Source of the DNA: a virus
IMG/VR virus record: IMGVR_UViG_3300037484_000539
Coordinates: 1-56,743 of that record
Strand: one strand, 5' to 3'
Length of the DNA stretch: 56,743 bases
The position numbers and the translations under genes are program-made. A model generated the notes under the pieces. The model ran no database searches and was not told the origin of the DNA. It saw nothing but the letters and a program-made list of their open reading frames with translations. Below are positions 51,635 through 56,743 of the stretch, one piece after another (position 1 is the stretch's first letter; each line of letters starts with the position of its first letter).

Positions 51635-52021
51635 TCAGCGATCAAGAGCTTGCGAGGCGTTTCGGTGCCGGGCGTACTGCTCCCAAAATCCAATCAGCAA
51701 AAAATGCAGAATCTTATCCCGTGTTGCTTCGCTCTGGACGCATAGTCCACCGAAAACATAAAACATCCGCCCGGCAAGCTGGGCCTCATTCAGCCGCTCC
51801 CAAACAAAAGCCGCATCTTCCCTTTCCATTACCGGCCACTGCCCATGCTCAATCCAATACTCGCACGCCAGATCAATCCGCTTACGGGCGGAAGGTTCCA
51901 GCCTTAAATGAGCAAGGCGCAATTCCTCAATCGAGCCTTGGCTTCTCTCTAAGTGAATTGCTTTTGCAAGCTGCGCCGAAGCAAGTTCGGTGAAATTTCC
52001 AGCGCGCAAGCCCGCCCCCAA
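51635..52021 (-). CDS. Hypothetical protein; start uncertain (TTG)
   Basis: 128-aa ORF that looks more protein-like than the antisense ORF 51559..51993. Confidence 0.4.
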   Translation of the reverse strand: MGAGLRAGNFTELASAQLAKAIHLERSQGSIEELRLAHLRLEPSARKRIDLACEYWIEHGQWPVMEREDAAFVWERLNEAQLAGRMFYVFGGLCVQSEATRDKILHFLLIGFWEQYARHRNASQALDR

Positions 52022-52090
52022 AAAGCCGCGCCATAAAAGCCGCTAAACGAGATTGGCGGGACGGTCTTTTTAAGATACGATCTGTCCATC

Positions 52091-52393
52091 ATGGATAGAT
52101 CGAACAATGGAGCGATGGCGGCTACAAAGCTTCGGCGGATTGTTGAAGCCTTGAATCAGGAACATCATTGGAGCATTCAGGCGCGGCCAGCGAGCTTTGA
52201 AATCGTAGTGATGAATGCCGCCTTCACAACTTCATCGCTGAGTGAGGCGTTGCTGATCGCGCTTAAAGCTTCTCTGGCGTATAATCATGCAAAGAAGAAT
52301 GCCATTCACTCACTACCCGCACTAATTCACAGCGGACAATACGAAACTCCTGCGTGGTTGTGTTCAGGACCACAATATGATCGCGCCGATTAG
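52091..52393 (+). CDS. Hypothetical protein, 100 aa
   Basis: A lone plus-strand ORF, convergent with the HEPN-like gene and followed by a terminator. Confidence 0.45.
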   Translation: MDRSNNGAMAATKLRRIVEALNQEHHWSIQARPASFEIVVMNAAFTTSSLSEALLIALKASLAYNHAKKNAIHSLPALIHSGQYETPAWLCSGPQYDRAD

Positions 52394-52415
52394 GTAACTT
52401 TTTCTCTTCAATGTA

Positions 52416-52446
52416 GCCCACTACCACCGTGCGGGCCTTTTGTTTT
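52416..52446 (+). terminator. Rho-independent terminator candidate
   Basis: GCCCAC-taccacc-GTG(C)GGGC hairpin, then CTTTTGTTTT. Confidence 0.55.
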
Positions 52447-53308
52447 AGTTTGTTGTCTTTTGACGCTCTTTAAGTTTCGTCGCCAAATGTTGCATAAAAT
52501 GTTTCACTTCGTTGAAAATTCGCAATGCCGCCTTGTCGTCTGGCGCGACATATTGTCGAACCGGAAGATCGATATGAACAGCGCGGTTCCTGATGTCTTT
52601 GAAAAACATGAAGTGGCTTGCTGCTTCCGTGTAAAATACGCGCTGCTTTGTCCACGCTTTAGGACGTTGAGGAAGGTTGTCCCGCCGATTTATCTCCGTC
52701 TCGATAGCCTCTAAAACCTTATGCCAGTTAGGATTTTTGGATTTCACCTTTAGTCGGGCCTGCAATCGCTGAAGTCCAAATTCCATGACTCTCATCACAT
52801 GGAACACGGAAGCGTGCGGCTGTTCAGTTGCTAAACATTTACCAGCCCCGGCAATATCATGCATGATTGATGGAAACGCTTTAGCTACGGATGGCCCGAA
52901 AAGATTGTCAGATTCAAAATACTCTCTGGCGTCATGGCCTATATGGAGAAACAAAACCTGCTCCATTTCTATCCGTATTGTTGAGGACACCCGATCCAGA
53001 AAAGAGCGCAGGGTGTGAACATCATTATTGCCGCGCTTCAGGAACCGGATGAACTCACCGATCTGCGCCCTTGAAACCTTAAGGCCGTCATGGCGGCAAA
53101 TACGGCGCAACTCAGCGAGACTTTTCTGGACTTCCGGCAGTCCCGTGCTGCCGCTTGTGCCGGGATTGGTTTCCTGAATATGCGCAATGCACTGGCTGAC
53201 CCTTCCGAGATAGGTTGCCACTTCAAAAAGCTGCGATGCTTTCAGATATTCCATTATCTGAAAGAGGGTAGCGGTGTCTTTCCACGGAAAATGAAATCGG
53301 GGCTTCAT
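52445..53308 (-). CDS. HEPN-like protein with an Rx4H motif (DUF4145/Abi-like)
   Basis: KDIRNRAVH (R240-x4-H245) near the C-terminus, preceded by DIAGAGKCLATEQPHASVFHVMRVMEFGL helices typical of HEPN folds. Confidence 0.55.
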   Translation of the reverse strand: MKPRFHFPWKDTATLFQIMEYLKASQLFEVATYLGRVSQCIAHIQETNPGTSGSTGLPEVQKSLAELRRICRHDGLKVSRAQIGEFIRFLKRGNNDVHTLRSFLDRVSSTIRIEMEQVLFLHIGHDAREYFESDNLFGPSVAKAFPSIMHDIAGAGKCLATEQPHASVFHVMRVMEFGLQRLQARLKVKSKNPNWHKVLEAIETEINRRDNLPQRPKAWTKQRVFYTEAASHFMFFKDIRNRAVHIDLPVRQYVAPDDKAALRIFNEVKHFMQHLATKLKERQKTTN

Positions 53309-53432
53309 AGCGGGTCATTGGGTTTTCAGCAACAAAGCGTGCCATCACTATGCGCCGCCGACTTGCTCTTTTTGTCCGTGCTTTCCGATGAACACGCTAC
53401 CGTCTTTCAGTGGGAACGAATTGGCTTTCATA

Positions 53433-53855
53433 TCAGTAAACGGCAACGCCGCGAGTGTAGATTGAATCAATGTTCTGCCCGCGCACGTCCTGCTTTCTCA
53501 AGATGTAAACAGACGCTCCCCGGCAATCGCCTTGAATGTAGGGAACGAGCCGCCGTGAGTAAGGTTTCATAAGTAAAGCGAGGCGGCGCTTGGCCCCAGC
53601 TTCACGATCTGGAATTGGTATGCGGTAATTCTTTTCGCCAGAGTAATGCGGGTAAACGCACCGAAACGGCTTATCTGTTTTCTCGTCTCTTTCTATAGAC
53701 CATGACGCATGACCATTTGAGTCTCCGCATTCCTGCTCAAACCAACTGTGAAGTGTCTTGCTGATTCGCCGCAACGCTTCCGCGTCGTGGTAGCTGATGC
53801 CGAGTTGGATTAAGCGGGCGATTACTTCCGCCCGTTCTTTAGCTGTAGTTCGCAT
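53433..53855 (-). CDS. Hypothetical protein, 140 aa
   Basis: ATG 53855 is preceded by a GGAGA SD. It is the first gene after the box at 53934. Confidence 0.55.
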   Translation of the reverse strand: MRTTAKERAEVIARLIQLGISYHDAEALRRISKTLHSWFEQECGDSNGHASWSIERDEKTDKPFRCVYPHYSGEKNYRIPIPDREAGAKRRLALLMKPYSRRLVPYIQGDCRGASVYILRKQDVRGQNIDSIYTRGVAVY

Positions 53856-53933
53856 TTGTTTATCTCCGTTGTTATGGGCTGAGTCCGCCCGTTTTTGTTT
53901 TACACGCCCACTCTGGGGCATGGCTGTTTAAGT

Positions 53934-53944
53934 GTCAAGTGGAA
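53934..53944 (-). promoter_or_regulatory. TTCCACTTGAC box (exact), facing left
   Basis: The plus strand reads gtcaagtggaa. This copy has a leader: 78 nt to ATG 53855, with an SD. Confidence 0.6.
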
Positions 53945-53947
53945 AGT

Positions 53948-54640
53948 TCAGAACCGTTCGCCGTCTGCCGTGAAGTCGTATTCGTTGGCGCAGATCGTTT
54001 CGTCAACATTTTCGTCGGATTGCTCGTACTCGTAAGCGGCTTCAAGCTGGCCGTAAATCCATTCCATGAAATCGCGGGCGGCTTCGATTAGGTCTTTTTC
54101 GGCTTGCTCAAATCTCAATTCCCAAGCCTCGCACGGGCCTTGTGTTTCGGGCAGTGCCGCGCAGTGCTCCTCATAGCAGCCGGGATCGCAGTCGAATTCG
54201 GTGCAATACTTGTGCGAGTAATGACCGCGATGCACAACGGAGAATGACGCTTGCGGAAACTCTGCCGCGATGCGTTCAAACTCTGAGGCAATGCGTTTCA
54301 ATTCCTTGCATGAATCAGAATCGCCAACATGTTTGGCAATGCCGCCCGGTTTGACACTGGCCGCGCTCCATTCACCTTCAAAGCAAGCTCCGTCGCCTTG
54401 TGAGCTAAACCCACTCCAAAAGACGCATGATTCTTGCCGTTTTCCTCCGCCATACAGCGTCACGTCGCGCTTGCGAAACGTGATACCGATCAACTCCGCG
54501 CATGTTTCGGCGTCTTCAATGACACCCTCGGAAGAGGAATTATCGCCCGCGCTGGCTTCGCGATACCACTCTCGCGCCTTCTCTTTGGCTTTGTCGCTCA
54601 ATTCGTCGAACTGGTAAACGGTTGTTTCGATTGTCTTCAT
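53948..54640 (-). CDS. Conserved phage/plasmid protein of unknown function
   Basis: YQFDELSDKAKEKAREWYRE...FWSGFSSQGDGACFEG...HRGHYSH. I recall this pattern from plasmid leading-region and prophage genes that are sometimes labelled antitoxin. Unverified. Confidence 0.5.
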   Translation of the reverse strand: MKTIETTVYQFDELSDKAKEKAREWYREASAGDNSSSEGVIEDAETCAELIGITFRKRDVTLYGGGKRQESCVFWSGFSSQGDGACFEGEWSAASVKPGGIAKHVGDSDSCKELKRIASEFERIAAEFPQASFSVVHRGHYSHKYCTEFDCDPGCYEEHCAALPETQGPCEAWELRFEQAEKDLIEAARDFMEWIYGQLEAAYEYEQSDENVDETICANEYDFTADGERF

Positions 54641-54828
54641 GTTGGTTTGTTCTTTCTGTTGTTCATCTGCTCTCTAATGGCCGTCCATTCACGCACCAAA
54701 GCCTTAAGGCGGGGCGGAATGGGTTTAGGACACCGCAAGTAGCTCTCCTGCCACTCAAGAGCCTCTAAAGCCAATTCCTCAGCTATGTAGAACGTGCGGT
54801 GGCGGATGTTGAGGGTGAGGATTTTCAT
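54637..54828 (-). CDS. Hypothetical protein, 63 aa
   Basis: ORF with ATGA overlaps at both ends. Confidence 0.5.
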   Translation of the reverse strand: MKILTLNIRHRTFYIAEELALEALEWQESYLRCPKPIPPRLKALVREWTAIREQMNNRKNKPT

Positions 54829-55085
54829 GATGTTAGCGCGTGAATGAGTGATCGCATCGTTGGAATGCGCTCTATGCCATCGAAAGCCAGCCCCTCACCA
54901 TGCAAGCGATAACCCTTAGGCAAGGGGATTTGTCCGCCTTTGGGAACGACTCGCACGCAGTCCAACTTGCTCCTGGTGAGCTTGCGGAATTCGTTCATAT
55001 CCCTGGCAAAGGCGAACGAGCCGTGGAAATCGGTATAAAGCCAAAGCCTTGAGCTATCGCCGTGCGGAATTGATTGTGTTTTCAT
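54825..55085 (-). CDS. Hypothetical protein, 86 aa
   Basis: ATG 55085 is preferred within ORF 54825..55106. Confidence 0.45.
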   Translation of the reverse strand: MKTQSIPHGDSSRLWLYTDFHGSFAFARDMNEFRKLTRSKLDCVRVVPKGGQIPLPKGYRLHGEGLAFDGIERIPTMRSLIHALTS

Positions 55086-55145
55086 ATTTTCAGTGCTTAA
55101 TCGCACCCCGCAACCGCCCGCAAGGGAGCGGTTGGAGGGCAGCTA

Positions 55146-55418
55146 TCAGGCTTCACAGCCGGCAAGGATCGCTTCTGATTCTTCGCTGGCAAAGTCACGC
55201 ACAACGGTTTCCGTGCGTGTCATCTGCATTTTGAGCGGTGATTCGCAGAGCCGTTTCACGCTCGTTTCAATCTCCGTTATCCGGTGATCGGAGATGCTTT
55301 CAAAGTCACCAAACTCTGATTTGAGATTGGCTGGAATGGCATTGAATGACTTTGAATAGCCAGCTTGCGGCCCGCTCCAAAGATGGCCGATCACTTCGAT
55401 TCTGTAGTATTGTTTCAT
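55146..55418 (-). CDS. Hypothetical protein, 90 aa
   Basis: ORF with an ATG start. Confidence 0.5.
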   Translation of the reverse strand: MKQYYRIEVIGHLWSGPQAGYSKSFNAIPANLKSEFGDFESISDHRITEIETSVKRLCESPLKMQMTRTETVVRDFASEESEAILAGCEA

Positions 55419-55460
55419 CGGTGTTTTATGGGTTATGCCTTGCGGCGGTTAATGGTTCAT

Positions 55461-55652
55461 TTATTCGGCGACGTAAGGGACGAGTTCAAAGCAACTCCAT
55501 TTTTCTGGCGCGCCGTATTGCTCAACGGCAGGGTCGTTGAGCCAAGCATCCCAATTGGCTCGTTCTTCCGCCGTCCATGCATCGTCAGTCTTATGGCTGG
55601 CAAGAATCGTTTTTTCGTCCGAATCCAAGTAGTTAATCTGTATCTTTTTCAT
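55461..55652 (-). CDS. Hypothetical acidic Trp-rich protein, 63 aa
   Basis: ORF with an ATG start. Confidence 0.5.
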   Translation of the reverse strand: MKKIQINYLDSDEKTILASHKTDDAWTAEERANWDAWLNDPAVEQYGAPEKWSCFELVPYVAE

Positions 55653-55731
55653 GTTTCATCGGTGTTTTCGCACCTTTTCCCACTTCTGCCCTTCCACTTC
55701 GCAAGAGAGAACGGTTCAGACGGGGCAAAGG

Positions 55732-55998
55732 CTAGTCAGCATTCTTTTTCAATCGTGCCAGTTCAACAGTGTCGCGATAGGCTTGTTCTACTTGAGCCTC
55801 TGGCAGTCTGAATCTAAGTCCGTTCTTGAATGCTCTGGCAGCTTTGAATCGTTGCCCCAATGCCTTGCCAGAGGCGAATTCATCGAAGCAAACCAATGTT
55901 GCCCAATAGCAGGCAATCTTTTCGCAATGGCTTGGCAGTGTGCCGGTATTGATTCCAGTCCAAGTATAACGACTCATACCCCAAAGCATTGCAGCCAT
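55732..55998 (-). CDS. Hypothetical protein; start uncertain
   Basis: Internal ATGs at 55998, 55989 and 55977 of ORF 55732..56148. The longer form would collide with the divergent gene at 56053. Confidence 0.4.
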   Translation of the reverse strand: MAAMLWGMSRYTWTGINTGTLPSHCEKIACYWATLVCFDEFASGKALGQRFKAARAFKNGLRFRLPEAQVEQAYRDTVELARLKKNAD

Positions 55999-56052
55999 TG
56001 TGCCAGCTAGAAAGCGTCCAAGACATGGACAGATTAGCGATAGCGAAAGGGC

Positions 56053-56538
56053 ATGGAAGCAAAGAGGCTGAATGAAAGCTGGACAGTGTCCAAAGACAGT
56101 GCGAGAAATCAAGGCATGGAAGCACTGGCTGAAACTCCAATGAAACAAGGTGAAGGCAAGGCAAAGCCTTTCTTTACCAAGGAGAATGCCAAGCTATACG
56201 CAATCCAAGCTACAGAAGCCCGTAAACAAGCTGCCATTAGAAGGCAAGAGCAGCTTGAAAAGAGTAAAGAAGTAACTGCGCTCGAACCTAGCGAGCTTTA
56301 TAGGCTGAACAGACTGGCTCGTATTCGCGCACAATTGGCGTTAGTGGATTCAGAGATAGAAAAAGCCATCAAAGAGCACAAACCAGATCAAAACCGCCTT
56401 AAATCGCTTGTAGATGCGCAAATCAAGCTCAGCCAGCAAGAGCAGAAGCTTGATAATCGCCCTGATCCTGGAAGCTACCGTCCACGTACCCCCAGTACCA
56501 AGCAATCCAGTACTGGCTTTGCTCCTATTGAGGAATAG
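56053..56538 (+). CDS. Basic coiled-coil protein, 161 aa; weak small-terminase or DNA-binding candidate
   Basis: ORF containing KPFFTKENAKLYAIQATEARKQAAIRRQEQ. The function is a guess. Confidence 0.45.
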   Translation: MEAKRLNESWTVSKDSARNQGMEALAETPMKQGEGKAKPFFTKENAKLYAIQATEARKQAAIRRQEQLEKSKEVTALEPSELYRLNRLARIRAQLALVDSEIEKAIKEHKPDQNRLKSLVDAQIKLSQQEQKLDNRPDPGSYRPRTPSTKQSSTGFAPIEE

Positions 56539-56616
56539 CCCGTAAACATTGGCTGTCTTTGGGCTTGTGAGCATAATGGTTATTGTGCGCAGCAATATTT
56601 AAGGGTTCTCTTGAAT

Positions 56617-56743
56617 AGCCAGACCGTCACCGCACCATGCCATGGCTACCCCGCTAATGCAGGGACTCCCATGCCTGTATAAGACCCCTGTTTAACAGCA
56701 GGTGCGTTCCAAAACTTCTCCAAGCGCATCTCCAGTTGTTCGC
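56617..56743. repeat. Second copy of the 127-bp terminal duplication
   Basis: Identical to 1-127. Confidence 0.95.

Noticed and set aside
51559-51993. 144-aa plus-strand ORF antisense to 51635..52021
   Set aside because: The product is low-complexity (Pro/Ala/Ser/Lys-rich). The minus-strand frame reads more like a folded protein and matches the orientation of the block. Both calls are weak.
55691-55701. TTCCACTTCGC on the plus strand, and the 119-aa plus-strand ORF 55651..56010
   Set aside because: The half-box lacks the TTGAC part and points into a minus-strand block. The ORF product is Cys/Ser/Phe-rich and implausible.

Overview
The first 127 nt of the window recur exactly as the last 127 nt, so the window is one closed genome with a 56,616-bp unit. 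Its content is that of a tailed, apparently podovirus-like bacteriophage. I could not assign a host; GC looks mid-50s by eye and was not computed. About 100 tightly packed genes lie in alternating strand blocks. (1) 834-6080 (-): small zinc-ribbon and HTH proteins plus a replisome-organizer-like gene. (2) 6169-19959 (+): a Cys-repeat/Ig-like adhesin, putative internal virion proteins and a 1590-aa giant protein with an HExxH motif. (3) 19992-25769 (+): a DEDDh exonuclease followed by a sugar/methyl-modification cassette (GT-A-like domains, two methyltransferase-like domains, one SDR). (4) 25814-28512 (+): the putative portal. (5) 28513-28931: a 419-nt C-rich, G-poor non-coding spacer full of TCCTGCC and CACCAAT repeats. 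(6) 28932-30311 (-): two genes. (7) 30434-38812 (+): scaffold-like protein, free-standing HNH, putative major capsid protein, two LamG-like fibre paralogs, then a membrane protein and a lipoprotein. (8) 38813-45973 (-): DNA-metabolism block with a Dam-like MTase, DnaA domain IV-like protein, VRR-NUC, HNH-like protein, DEDDy exonuclease, an SSB-like protein ending in IPF, and an RNAP alpha-CTD-like protein. (9) 46428-48716 (-): a 762-aa structural protein. (10) 48772-50601 (+): large terminase. (11) 50659-55998 (-): accessory arm with an Rx4H HEPN-like protein. The strongest sequence-level signal is an 11-mer, TTCCACTTGAC. It occurs 8 times exactly and twice with one mismatch, always pointing at the next gene block. 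In six cases it sits 29-31 nt from a start codon with no Shine-Dalgarno, which suggests leaderless first genes. I saw no tRNA, rRNA, CRISPR array, integrase, DNA polymerase, helicase/primase, recognisable endolysin or small terminase. All family names come from motif recognition by eye, not from searches.
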